Shown here: in pieces, positions 39,064 through 48,465 of the stretch
How the letters are laid out: every line of letters begins with the position of its first letter
Position numbering within the stretch: position 1 is the first letter of the stretch
NCBI GenBank assembly: GCA_937983075.1
Contig: CALKAQ010000033.1
Span: 4,114 to 68,113 of the forward strand
Length of the DNA: 64,000 nucleotides
Direction: 5' to 3'
DNA from: an uncultured bacterium
GTDB taxonomy: Bacteria > Bacillota > Limnochordia > DTU080 > JAAYLA01
Position numbers and translations under genes: made by a program
The notes under the pieces: generated by a model
Seen by the model: only the letters and a program-made list of their open reading frames with translations
What the model was told of the DNA's origin: nothing
Databases searched by the model: none

Positions 39064-40164
39064 TCACGATGCGGCAACCCGCTGCGGCTGGTAGGGGCAC
39101 GATGGATCGACGCCGAGCCAGTCGCCTTTCGTGTGGAAAGCAAAGGCCCGGGAGCCCCCGCAAACCTTGTTGAACGGGCAGTGACGACACTTGCCGCCAA
39201 ATTGATCGGGCTTGCGCAAATCGCGAAATAGTCTGCTGCGCTGATAGGCACGAATCACGGAGCGTGTGCGCACATTTCCCTCAGTAACCGGTACGAAGGG
39301 ACCCGGTTGAATGTCGCCGACGTGCGTAATGAACAACAGCCCATTGCCTGGACGCAAACCGAAATCCTCGCTGATGGTTTCATCCTGCAAAATGTCATCG
39401 AGTCGCTGTCCATCGCGGAGACGCTTTTCAATACGAACCCGGTTTAGAGAAGGCGACAGATGCCCGCGTATTTTGAACGGTACCGTTTGTTCGGTCTCAG
39501 CTATCCACCAAAGGAGGACTTCTTTTTGCATCGGGCTGAGCGCTTGCAACCCTTGATTCCCGTTGACCGGAATGTAAAAGTAAAGGTTCCAAACGGACGC
39601 CTGCCATGCGCGTACTTGCTCGAAAATCGCCGGTATTTGCGTCAACGTTTGATCAGCCACCAACGTATTGATTTCAAGCTTTAATCCGCTCTGCAGAACG
39701 GATTGCGCCAGCATGCGCGTGCGGTCGTACGACCCGGGGATCGCCGAAACCCGATCGTGTGTCTCCGCGTCTGAACCGTTAAGATTCAACGTGACGGATT
39801 CGACTCCGGCGACGGCAAGTTCCTTTAGACGGTCGACACTCAGCTCGGGAAGCGCGGACAATTCGACCGCTAACGGAAACCCGTGCGCTTTGGTCCGACG
39901 GATGAGGTCAAAAAGATCAGGGCGGCACAGGGGATTGCCGCCGGTAAAGATCAACCGCGGCGGAGGCGAACCAAAATTCGCCAAGTGGTCGATAAGCGCA
40001 AGTGCTTCCTCAGTGGTCAATTCTCTCGGATGCTGTTCCGCCGTCGACCTACTCGGACAATAGGCGCACGCCAGCGGACAGGAGCGAGTGACCTCCCAAT
40101 AAATTTCCTTTGGAGCACTTGCTGATGTAAAGCGTTGCATGGTCTTTAGGGAAGCAATGCTCAT
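39064..40164 (-). CDS. Radical SAM enzyme with C-terminal SPASM/twitch-type auxiliary cluster domain
   Basis: CPLACAYCP (CxxxCxxC) near N-terminus, GGNPL glycine-rich motif, C-terminal CRHCPFNKVCGG...DPSCPY; ATG after GGAGGAGA. Confidence 0.8.
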   Translation of the reverse strand: MSIASLKTMQRFTSASAPKEIYWEVTRSCPLACAYCPSRSTAEQHPRELTTEEALALIDHLANFGSPPPRLIFTGGNPLCRPDLFDLIRRTKAHGFPLAVELSALPELSVDRLKELAVAGVESVTLNLNGSDAETHDRVSAIPGSYDRTRMLAQSVLQSGLKLEINTLVADQTLTQIPAIFEQVRAWQASVWNLYFYIPVNGNQGLQALSPMQKEVLLWWIAETEQTVPFKIRGHLSPSLNRVRIEKRLRDGQRLDDILQDETISEDFGLRPGNGLLFITHVGDIQPGPFVPVTEGNVRTRSVIRAYQRSRLFRDLRKPDQFGGKCRHCPFNKVCGGSRAFAFHTKGDWLGVDPSCPYQPQRVAAS

Positions 40165-40186
40165 ACCGCATTCTCCTCCCAAATGT

Positions 40187-40270
40187 TCATCCCCAGAAAA
40201 TACAGAACCTTAAAACGATATCGGGTGATACGTCTCCAATATACAATGCGATCAATACCATTGTAATCAT
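40187..40270 (-). other. Candidate 27-aa ORF (MITMVLIALYIGDVSPDIVLRFCIFWG) ending 23 nt upstream of the radical SAM start; speculative
   Basis: Open frame only; no convincing RBS. Confidence 0.15.
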
Positions 40271-40377
40271 TGGACTGAAAGGACCGTAGAGTCAGCTATC
40301 GCTAAAGCACCAAAAGAATGTCCGATCTTCTTGGGGCATTTGTCACTTTGATGGACGGCCTGCGGCCACCGATTGGA

Positions 40378-40983
40378 CTACTTAACCATCCGCTGGGTTA
40401 TTTTCATCATGGTCCAAGCCACAACGCCGAGTGATGGCCATGTGATGATCCAAATGTTTTGTGCCCAGTGCGATCGCCACGGAGCCGTTTCTTCCCACGG
40501 CTCCGTGCCGGATTGTTCTCCGCCCCGTACTGCATAAGCGAGGCCGAGCAGCGTGGCCAGTCGCATCGTATGGATGATCAAGGAGACAAAAAATGTACGC
40601 CAACTTCCACCGCCTAAAAGATGAAGACCGGCGAGGAGTTGTTCGAACCCAGCCGTGCCCAGTGCACAAAAGAACAGGTATGGAAATTGCAGTACGGGGA
40701 GACTGCGAGGCAAAAACTGAAAATACAACAAACCTTGCACGCCATAAAACACCACGAGCCAGATCGCTTCACGCCCGAAAACTGGCAACAAAAGGTCAGC
40801 ACCTTGCCAGATGAGCCGTACCGAAGCTAGGCCGTATTCGACGCATGCCCCCACAACCACGCTGGCCAAAATCCCGAATCCGTACTGACGGAAACGGCGG
40901 GGATCAGAAAGCCACAGCATCGCGCCGATGAGCAAGACGGCAACAACGAGCCAACGCCAAGCCATCAAAAGACCTCCTGCCAA
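40378..40983 (-). CDS. Hypothetical integral membrane protein
   Basis: Six hydrophobic segments; no family recognised. Confidence 0.5.
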   Translation of the reverse strand: MAGGLLMAWRWLVVAVLLIGAMLWLSDPRRFRQYGFGILASVVVGACVEYGLASVRLIWQGADLLLPVFGREAIWLVVFYGVQGLLYFQFLPRSLPVLQFPYLFFCALGTAGFEQLLAGLHLLGGGSWRTFFVSLIIHTMRLATLLGLAYAVRGGEQSGTEPWEETAPWRSHWAQNIWIITWPSLGVVAWTMMKITQRMVK

Positions 40984-41108
40984 TCACGCTGCACAACGGA
41001 ACCGGCTGTATATTTTGCCGTGGTGACGACGCGAATATGAACACCGCATGTCTCTCGTACAGGAAACAAGCACGAGGCGAAAGAAAAATGACTTAGGAAG
41101 GGGAGGCA

Positions 41109-41558
41109 ATGGCTGTGCCCGTAGTCAAAGTTTGCATAAAAGCAAATGCCGCACTCCAGACTGTATACGATCTGGTGAAAGATTTTGAGTCCTTTGCATC
41201 GTTCATGCCGAACGTCAATCGGATTGAAATTCAAGAGCGCGGCGACGGCTATGTTTTGTCCGCATGGGACGTATCCGTGGTCGGACGCCAATTGAGCTGG
41301 ATCGAACGGGATGAATTCGACGATGAAAATTTCATCATCCGCTACCAGCAGGTTGAAGGAAAATTGGCCAGGTTTGAGGGCGAATGGCGGTTTGAACGCG
41401 TTGAAGACGGTGTCGAGATTTCGCTCGTGGTCGATTTTGATTTAGGCAAACCCACCTTGGCGGCACTCTTCCATCCCGTTCTCATCAGGGCGATTGAGGA
41501 GAACGCGTTAAACATGTTGCATGCAATCAAGGAGAAGGCAGAAAGAGAGGGTGGCTGA
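41109..41558 (+). CDS. SRPBCC-superfamily protein (polyketide cyclase/dehydrase-like, START fold)
   Basis: Size and sequence pattern typical of Polyketide_cyc2-type proteins. Confidence 0.6.
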   Translation: MAVPVVKVCIKANAALQTVYDLVKDFESFASFMPNVNRIEIQERGDGYVLSAWDVSVVGRQLSWIERDEFDDENFIIRYQQVEGKLARFEGEWRFERVEDGVEISLVVDFDLGKPTLAALFHPVLIRAIEENALNMLHAIKEKAEREGG

Positions 41559-41563
41559 CGCCA

Positions 41564-43057
41564 TTGCGCCTACCGGGGCAATTCTCCAGAGCCAAAACGT
41601 TGTGCATCCACGGCGTGCTGTTCAGCATATGGCTCACGCTGGTCGGTTCCATCGTCGCAGGAGCGACGAGCGTCGGTCATGCGGAAACGCTCGGCGAGCT
41701 TTGGTCGGTCGAGATCGAACCTGGCAACTACGTCGCAGCTTTGGGCAACCTCGTCGGTGATTCGGCTGAAGAGCTCGTTCTCGCCGTCGACAACGGCATT
41801 TTCGTCTATACATGGGATCAAACGAATCACACGTATGTGTTGACAAGCCATGTGACGGATGTTTCGGCACCTGTGTCGGCACTTGCCTTGGGCGATTTCT
41901 TTGCGGAGAATCGACGGGAATTGCTGGTGGGCACATCGGGTTCCGGCCTTATTCGGGTGTACCGGATGACCGACGACGGTCTGCAGTTTGCGTCGACCGT
42001 AGTTCGTCTTTGGTCCACCGTGCGTCAAATTGTCACGGTGGACATGGATGGCGACGGACGGCGCGAGATCGTCGCGCTGAGCGAAAATGGCGACGTGGTC
42101 GCATTGCGGCCCCAATCGACGGGCTACGCCGAAATATGGCGTAAGCAGGGAGGGAACAATCCTGTTCGCCTACTGACTGTAGGCGATCTGACCGGGGACG
42201 GGCTGCCCGAAATCATCATTGCCCGGGAGCAAGGCTATATCGGCATCTATGGTTGGCGCCGCTCAAGAGAAGACACAAAAACTGGCGCTGATGTCGAAGC
42301 TTCGTGGGAGCTTCTCCACGAAGCGTTTCCTTGGGGAGCCGTTCGCACGCTCGATTTGGTCGATCTCGATCGCAACGGGAAGCTGTACATTCTCGTCTTG
42401 ACGGACCAAGGATTGCTCTATGCGTACGGGTTTGACGACGGCCAATGGAACCATCATCAAACGTGGGATGCAGGTGTGTTGTTGTCGGCTACCGAACTGC
42501 ATCTGCTTCACGCCTATCCTCCAGATCGACCCATTTGGCTTGGCATCACGAGCGAGGGACTGAAAGCTTGGGAATTCGCAGACGGCATCTTTACGCCGTT
42601 TTGGGAAGCTCCCATCCAACCCAGCGCAGTATTTCAAGGCTCGAGCGGTGCGCTGGCAACCATTGAACCCGGAGGCAAGTTGCGCCTGCTCGGACGGGTT
42701 CCTGACGATCAGCTGCGCGTTTCGGTGAACCATCGCCACTACGAATTGGAGCACCCGTTTTTGTTGGAAGATGGTCATCTCTGGTTGGCGGCTCGCGATT
42801 GGCAGCGCTTGCTTTCATTGCGCGGGTGGTTTACTCGCCACGGAGAGCGTTGGACCGGTGTAGGCCCCGGTTTTCAATTGTTTATCGTCGATGCAGGCGG
42901 GACCACGGTTTGGGTCAACGGTCGGCAGCGGGAAATATCGCCCGCGGCGCGGATGTTCAACGACGAACTCTACTTGCCGGTTGCATTTGCGGATCGCCTC
43001 GGTTATCACAGCGAATTCGAACCGACCCTCCGTACGTTGAAACTGACTCGGAGATGA
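41564..43057 (+). CDS. Secreted protein with FG-GAP/VCBS-like repeats and C-terminal copper-amine-oxidase N-terminal-like (stalk) domain
   Basis: Signal peptide; repeated DxDGDGxxE(I/L) calcium-loop motifs; C-terminal block resembles Cu_amine_oxidN1 domains common in Firmicute envelope proteins. Confidence 0.6.
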   Translation: MRLPGQFSRAKTLCIHGVLFSIWLTLVGSIVAGATSVGHAETLGELWSVEIEPGNYVAALGNLVGDSAEELVLAVDNGIFVYTWDQTNHTYVLTSHVTDVSAPVSALALGDFFAENRRELLVGTSGSGLIRVYRMTDDGLQFASTVVRLWSTVRQIVTVDMDGDGRREIVALSENGDVVALRPQSTGYAEIWRKQGGNNPVRLLTVGDLTGDGLPEIIIAREQGYIGIYGWRRSREDTKTGADVEASWELLHEAFPWGAVRTLDLVDLDRNGKLYILVLTDQGLLYAYGFDDGQWNHHQTWDAGVLLSATELHLLHAYPPDRPIWLGITSEGLKAWEFADGIFTPFWEAPIQPSAVFQGSSGALATIEPGGKLRLLGRVPDDQLRVSVNHRHYELEHPFLLEDGHLWLAARDWQRLLSLRGWFTRHGERWTGVGPGFQLFIVDAGGTTVWVNGRQREISPAARMFNDELYLPVAFADRLGYHSEFEPTLRTLKLTRR

Positions 43058-43163
43058 AACTGGATGCGTCGGTCATGGTATAGATCTATATGACCAAGCA
43101 TAGACATGTCTCGATTCGACCGGACGCACTGAGGCGTGCCGAGGTTGGGGAGGGACATGGAAC

Positions 43164-43562
43164 ATGCAAACAGCCAACAGCGGCGGCAGCATCATTTCAC
43201 GGCTGCCGATCGACATCATCGCGGTGGTCCGAGGAACGCTGCTGGGCGCCGGATTTGCCCTCTTGGGCGCAGTGTTGTTGAGCGTAGTCATCACGCTGGC
43301 GGAATGGGACCCGATTCCGACGTATTTGTACGCCTACCATTACGTGTGCATAGCGCTTGGTGCAGCCCTCGCCGCAAAAAACACGAAGCGATTGGGCTGG
43401 CTTCACGGAGGCATTGTCGGCGTTTTATACTTGCTGTTTATTGCTTGGTTGTTTCCGCCCGGCTTTCATCTCGTAGCTTCGGCGAGCGCGAACTGGCTTC
43501 CCGGCATCCTGTATAGCTTTGCGGCCGGTGCCTTGGGCGGCGTCATCGGGGTGAACGCTTAG
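43164..43562 (+). CDS. Small integral membrane protein (YrzE/TIGR04086-like)
   Basis: Four hydrophobic helices, glycine-rich; GGAGGGA RBS. Confidence 0.5.
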   Translation: MQTANSGGSIISRLPIDIIAVVRGTLLGAGFALLGAVLLSVVITLAEWDPIPTYLYAYHYVCIALGAALAAKNTKRLGWLHGGIVGVLYLLFIAWLFPPGFHLVASASANWLPGILYSFAAGALGGVIGVNA

Positions 43563-43654
43563 TCAGGCATTCACGGCAGGGATGTGCGTGCAAGCGTGGT
43601 ATTCAATGGGAAGGGCGAAATACGCTCATTCTCGAGTCGGAAGGAGTACCACGC

Positions 43655-44182
43655 GTGACCAAAGCTGAACTCGCTCGACGCATTTATGAAGCTGCTCATC
43701 TTGAAGGTGAATTTCTCCTCAGATCGGGCCAAATCAGCAACGAATATTTTGATAAATATCGGTTTGAATCTGACCCCGAGCTGTTAGCTGCAATTGCCGA
43801 ACAGATGGAGGCTTTGTTGCCTGAAGGAACGCAATGGCTCGCCGGCCTCGAGCTTGGAGGCGTTCCTCTGGCGACGGCGCTGTCGTTGCGGACCGGCCTG
43901 CCGGTGTTGTTCGTGCGCAAAAAGGCGAAGCCGTACGGCACGCAAAGACTGGCTGAAGGCGGAGACTTTGCCGGCTCCCGGGTCGCCGTCATCGAAGACG
44001 TCATTACAACCGGCGGTCAGGTCATCGAGTCCACTCAAGCCCTGGCTGATCTGGGAGCTGAAATTGCGGGCGTGCTTTGTGTGATCGATCGTGAAGCCGG
44101 TGGGCGTGAAAACATTGCTCAAGCCGGCTGGGAGCTTCGCTCCGTATTTACCAAAAGTGAACTCGAAGCGCACCGGTCATAG
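43655..44182 (+). CDS. Orotate phosphoribosyltransferase-like type I phosphoribosyltransferase (short form)
   Basis: PRPP-binding motif VAVIEDVITTGG; GTG start after GAAGGAG. Confidence 0.7.
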   Translation: MTKAELARRIYEAAHLEGEFLLRSGQISNEYFDKYRFESDPELLAAIAEQMEALLPEGTQWLAGLELGGVPLATALSLRTGLPVLFVRKKAKPYGTQRLAEGGDFAGSRVAVIEDVITTGGQVIESTQALADLGAEIAGVLCVIDREAGGRENIAQAGWELRSVFTKSELEAHRS

Positions 44183-44198
44183 CCGCCGCTTCGGCGTG

Positions 44199-44573
44199 TC
44201 ATAAATAACCGCCCGAACGTTGGATGATCTGCCGAGCTTGCTCAACCATGTCGGGATCATCAACGACGGCGGAAAGCACCCAACGATACCGGGGAGGACC
44301 ATCCGCATCGGCCATGCCGCTTGCATCGGGATGGGCGGCCTCGAGCACGCGGCTGTCGTCCCCGGACCGTTGTGCCCCCAAGGTTAAATCGGTCAGTCCG
44401 GCAAAGTCTCCCGTCAACGGACTGACCATATCTTCATTTTCGTCTTCCCCCGACATGCCCAATTCATCCACTGCGACATCCGACACACCTAAACGCCTCA
44501 ACCGTTCCTGCGCCTCTTCGGCATCCCGAAAATCTTGAAAGTACGCCAGGAACGTTCTGCCTTCGATCTTCAA
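44199..44573 (-). CDS. Hypothetical acidic protein (possibly general stress protein 17M/YflT-like N-terminal domain)
   Basis: Weak resemblance only. Confidence 0.4.
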   Translation of the reverse strand: MKIEGRTFLAYFQDFRDAEEAQERLRRLGVSDVAVDELGMSGEDENEDMVSPLTGDFAGLTDLTLGAQRSGDDSRVLEAAHPDASGMADADGPPRYRWVLSAVVDDPDMVEQARQIIQRSGGYL

Positions 44574-44652
44574 AGACCATGCGCCTCCTTGACGTCAACG
44601 TCCGATAATGACTATTTTGGCCGGATTCGACGTTCCTATGCGGCGATTTGGG

Positions 44653-45036
44653 TCAAGGCAAATGTTCCGGTGGTTTGATGTCCCAGCGAGTTTCAACAGG
44701 CGGGGGAGGAAAGTGTTTGGCCGCATAGGGTAAAATGGCTTCATCCATGACTTGACGAACGCTGACCACGGCTGCTTCCATGTCTCGAAGCGCCCGCTGA
44801 ACGGCCGGTGCTGAAGCCCCTTGCGTCTCGCGGCGCACAGCACGCAGCGTTGCCGCAGCCACATACAGTGCGGCCTCTAGGCCGTGCAGCAAGGTCCAGA
44901 CGCTTTTTCCGTCCATGGTTTCGATGGCTTCCGGCCGACGAATGAGGTGTTCCAACGATTGTCCTGCCGTCAGCAGGTCCTGACGAATCATTTCCAGGCG
45001 ACGATGAATCACTGCATCCCTGATGATGTCGAACAA
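44653..45036 (-). CDS. Hypothetical protein
   Basis: ORF with coding-like composition; no family recognised. Confidence 0.4.
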   Translation of the reverse strand: MFDIIRDAVIHRRLEMIRQDLLTAGQSLEHLIRRPEAIETMDGKSVWTLLHGLEAALYVAAATLRAVRRETQGASAPAVQRALRDMEAAVVSVRQVMDEAILPYAAKHFPPPPVETRWDIKPPEHLP

Positions 45037-45289
45037 AATCGCTCACGCTCCTCACGGCTAGTATGCTCTACCGCTCATGTAGGTTCCAGGCCAGGACTAA
45101 TATTCCTAAAGAAGGAAATATCTTGGTCGAGTTGAATGTACATTCGAAGTCCACAACACTCATGCGGACCTGTCTTTTCGTATTTGCAAAAACACTTCGC
45201 GGATAAAACTGACAATTTTCTTTTCCCTTTTGCATTGGGTTGGTGGTCACTGCATTTGCGATGCATGACAGGGGGGGTGGTTTATCATC

Positions 45290-46462
45290 GTGTCAAGGGA
45301 ACCCATCACCGCGCTATTCATCGGAACACATCCGCCCGATGAGCCTACGAAAGCACTGCTGCGCGAAATGCACGATTCCCGCATTCACTTCGCTGCAGCT
45401 GCCGATATCGACGATGCCAAAGCGCAGCTCCACACCAAACAATTTGATATTGTACTCTTCGACATGGAACCATGTCGCATCGGCGGTTTCGAGACGTTCC
45501 TCAACGTGCGTGATATGTGCAAGAACTTGCCCGTTGTCGTGATCAGCGCTTTGAACGACGAGTCCATCGCTCTTAAAACCATTCAGCACGGCGCACAAGA
45601 TTACTTGGTCAAAAGCCGGGTCGATCCTAGTCTCCTGTCCCGCACGCTCTTGTACGCCATGGAACGCTATCGCCTGATGAAAAAAATTGAAATGCAGGCA
45701 CGGCAATTGGAACGGGATAAATCACAAGCCCGCTTCATTGAAATCATCGCTCATGAGCTGCGCAACCCGATGTCTGTCGCTAAAGCCATTTTGACATTGC
45801 TCCGTGTGCAAGTGAAAAACAACAGTATTCCACCGGACTTGCTGGATCGACTGCAGACGGTTGAGAACGAAATCGACAGACTATCCGGTCTTCTTAACGC
45901 CGTTTTGGAAGCGTTCCGCACGCAAGAAGGTGAATTTGATTTTATTTGGGAAGCATGCGACCTGCAGCAAATGATTCACGAAGCGCTGACGCCGTTCCGG
46001 GCTTGCGAAGGCTCCAAACATCGATTCTTGGTCAACGACGCCGTAGAGCCGATCTACGTATCCGGCGACCGACGGCACTTGGAGCAAGTTCTTCGGAGTC
46101 TCTTTGAAAACGCCATGAAGTACTCTCCCAACGGAGGTCGCATTTGGATTGACTACGGGCAACGGGACGAATGGGCCTGGATTACGGTCGAAGACGAAGG
46201 GCTCGGCATTCCCGAAGAAGATCTGGAACACGTATTTGAAGGATTTTACCGTGCCGGCAATGCAATATCGCATGATCTGGCAGGACTCGGACTGGGTCTT
46301 TTCATCGGCAAAGCGATTATCGAGGCCCATGACGGTCGTATTTGGGCTGAAAACAAACCCGAAGGCGGAGCGAAGTTTTCCATTGAAATTCCGCTCGCTG
46401 CCTGTACGGCCGCCCAAGCGGCTGGTATTCGCAACACAAAACGAAAAACGGCCTCAAACTGA
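45290..46462 (+). CDS. Cytoplasmic hybrid two-component protein: N-terminal receiver (REC) domain fused to HisKA + HATPase_c histidine kinase
   Basis: Receiver Asp in DIVLFDM context; H-box IAHELRNP; N, G1, G2 boxes (NAMKYSPNGG, EDEGLGI, GLGLGL); no TM segments. Confidence 0.75.
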   Translation: MSREPITALFIGTHPPDEPTKALLREMHDSRIHFAAAADIDDAKAQLHTKQFDIVLFDMEPCRIGGFETFLNVRDMCKNLPVVVISALNDESIALKTIQHGAQDYLVKSRVDPSLLSRTLLYAMERYRLMKKIEMQARQLERDKSQARFIEIIAHELRNPMSVAKAILTLLRVQVKNNSIPPDLLDRLQTVENEIDRLSGLLNAVLEAFRTQEGEFDFIWEACDLQQMIHEALTPFRACEGSKHRFLVNDAVEPIYVSGDRRHLEQVLRSLFENAMKYSPNGGRIWIDYGQRDEWAWITVEDEGLGIPEEDLEHVFEGFYRAGNAISHDLAGLGLGLFIGKAIIEAHDGRIWAENKPEGGAKFSIEIPLAACTAAQAAGIRNTKRKTASN

Positions 46463-46473
46463 TTGAGGCCGTT

Positions 46474-46549
46474 TGGCAGGGGAGACAGGACTCGAACCTG
46501 CAACCCCCGGTTTTGGAGACCGGTGCTCTGCCAATTGAGCTACTCCCCT
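46474..46549 (-). tRNA. tRNA-Trp (anticodon CCA)
   Basis: Reverse complement folds as AGGGGAG acceptor, GCUC D-stem, anticodon arm CCGGU-CUCCAAA-ACCGG, T-arm GCAGG-UUCGAGU-CCUGU, 3' GCCA. Confidence 0.85.
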
Positions 46550-46780
46550 AAAACACCTCTAATAATAGCATAGAAAACGACGGCGGTCAACGCTTGATGA
46601 GCTGATTTTATTGTTCTGGTGCTGTTTTTCATGCATTCACATAGTGGGGCCGGTTGCGCAACCAAAAAATCGTACTTGGTCAGCAGGTGGGAAGGGATGC
46701 GATGGCGAAAATGTCCAGAAACAAAAATCACGATAATATAGATTTCCGTGCTTTTTAGGTCCGTATGAACAGGAGGTTAT

Positions 46781-47875
46781 GTGTTGCAACGCGATTTGCC
46801 GGCTAAGACGTCGTTCAATCTGTGTCTGGAATATTTCATCGATTCGCTGACGGGACGTTCGCAAGCAACGCGTCAGGCGTATTACCGAGATTTGCTGCAG
46901 TTCAAATTGTATTTGGTCTTACATCGACCGGACTGTATTGTCCGTGGATCACCGGAACGAATTCGTGATTTGCAGCTTGAACTCGAGCGTGCCAGCGGGC
47001 GCCTTGTTGACACTCGCTTTCACCGCCAGCACTCACGGGAAGAAATCCGCCCGCGAGCTATTCTGGATGAATTCGACTGCGATTTGGCGCGTGTCACACG
47101 TGAAGTTATCGTGAGCTATTTCGGCTACTTGGAAACTGCCCGCAACGTCGGACGAAATACATTGTACCGTCGCTCATCGTCACTGCGACGCTTTTTTCGC
47201 TTGCTCGCCAAAGAAGGATTCGAAATCGACCATGGAGCCTTAGAAAAATTGAGTGACCTTGATATTCGGCCCAAACGGGTTTTACCCGTGGTGCTCACGC
47301 AGGAAGAAGCACTTCATTTTATGGAAGTTGTCGATCGCGTCCGCGATCGAGCGATTCTATTGGTGATGTTGTACATGGGACTCCGAATTGCCGAATTGGT
47401 ACGCCTTAACGTCGATGACATTACAGAAGACACAACGGGAATTACGTTTATCGGCAAGGGTTCAAAAGAGCGCTATGTTCCGGTTCACCCAACCGTCAGA
47501 GACGCCGTTGTTCTGTATAAGGTAACCGAGCGTCGCCCCGCCAAGAAGGATTCCCTGGGAGAACCGTTATTTGTTAGTCAGCAAGGCAACCGCATGGATC
47601 CGTCGACGGTGCGTCGGATGGTTTACAAATACGCTCAGAAGGCTACTATGGTGGATCCGCGGAAGCGCTCTCGCCTTTCCCCGCATAAATTTAGACATAC
47701 CTTTGCTACGTTGCTGCTGCAAGGCGATGTAGACATCCGCCACATTCAAGAGCTGTTAGGCCATGAACATTTATCGACAACCCAAATTTATACGTCGGTT
47801 GTCCGGCGTGATTTGCACCGTGCAATTGAAAGACATCCACTCGGCCGTCTCGATCATTCCCAAACGGACGAGTGA
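46781..47875 (+). CDS. Tyrosine recombinase (XerC/XerD-family integrase)
   Basis: N-terminal SAM-like core-binding domain; catalytic R (LRIAEL), HxxR (HKFRHTFAT) and Y (TTQIYTSV). Confidence 0.85.
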   Translation: MLQRDLPAKTSFNLCLEYFIDSLTGRSQATRQAYYRDLLQFKLYLVLHRPDCIVRGSPERIRDLQLELERASGRLVDTRFHRQHSREEIRPRAILDEFDCDLARVTREVIVSYFGYLETARNVGRNTLYRRSSSLRRFFRLLAKEGFEIDHGALEKLSDLDIRPKRVLPVVLTQEEALHFMEVVDRVRDRAILLVMLYMGLRIAELVRLNVDDITEDTTGITFIGKGSKERYVPVHPTVRDAVVLYKVTERRPAKKDSLGEPLFVSQQGNRMDPSTVRRMVYKYAQKATMVDPRKRSRLSPHKFRHTFATLLLQGDVDIRHIQELLGHEHLSTTQIYTSVVRRDLHRAIERHPLGRLDHSQTDE

Positions 47876-48327
47876 CGTTCGAATGCAACACGTACATGAG
47901 GCTCGACATCTGACGGTGCGTCATTCAGCGATACGGGAACGGCAATGCGATCGCCCGGCTGCAGTCTGGCGTATGACTGCGGCGAAATTTGATTTAACTC
48001 GGCGATGTGATGGAGCGTTTTGCGTGGATCCCACCCTTTGGGTCCATATTGAACCGCTATATCCCATAGCGTATCGCCTTTCCGTATCACTATGGTGGCA
48101 TACGTGTATTCCTTGCCGCGGTTGAAGAGCTCAACCATTCGATACGCCGCAGCCCAGGCGGCAAAAAGCGCAACCAAAATGCTTGCGATGATCAGAGCCC
48201 ACGCCAATCGATATCGCGCCGGAAGCGTGCGTGTGCGCTTTGTCGACAGTTCACCGACTGATGTTGCGATCATGTCGCAAGCCGACTTGGCAGCCGTACA
48301 TTCACCGTACGTATGTACTCCGAACAT
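47854..48327 (-). CDS. yneA: LysM-domain membrane protein, YneA-like (SOS-induced cell division inhibitor type)
   Basis: TM segment then LysM (IVIRKGDTLWDIAVQYG...LNQISPQSYARLQPGDRIAVP); divergent from lexA with Cheo boxes between; ATG after GGAGGTG. Confidence 0.65.
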   Translation of the reverse strand: MFGVHTYGECTAAKSACDMIATSVGELSTKRTRTLPARYRLAWALIIASILVALFAAWAAAYRMVELFNRGKEYTYATIVIRKGDTLWDIAVQYGPKGWDPRKTLHHIAELNQISPQSYARLQPGDRIAVPVSLNDAPSDVEPHVRVAFERHSSVWE

Positions 48328-48354
48328 CTGATCCCACCTCCGTTTTCATCCTAA

Positions 48355-48420
48355 CAGGAACGTATGTGCGGTGTCAATACAAGAAGCGAACTTGCGTTTG
48401 CAAAAACCGAACATGTGTGT
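48355..48420. promoter_or_regulatory. Three LexA (Cheo-type, GAAC-N4-GTTC-like) boxes in the yneA-lexA divergent intergenic region
   Basis: GGAACGTATGTGCG, CGAACTTGCGTTTG, CGAACATGTGTGTT read directly. Confidence 0.55.
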
Positions 48421-48465
48421 TAAAGTGAAATCAATTGATCTACTCGGTAGAAGGGAGTGCCTGCA

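Noticed and set aside
38822-39094. Small plus-strand ORFs (90 aa, 60 aa, 118 aa) between the MFS gene and the 3' end of the radical SAM gene, considered as possible RiPP precursor peptides
   Set aside because: They are convergent with the rSAM gene and overlap its 3' end, have weak or no RBS, and two of the three are Arg-rich frame artefacts. The 60-aa frame (MAASGFGVSLEDGERIADVPFFDGG...) has faint PRC-barrel-like character but is too short and unsupported.
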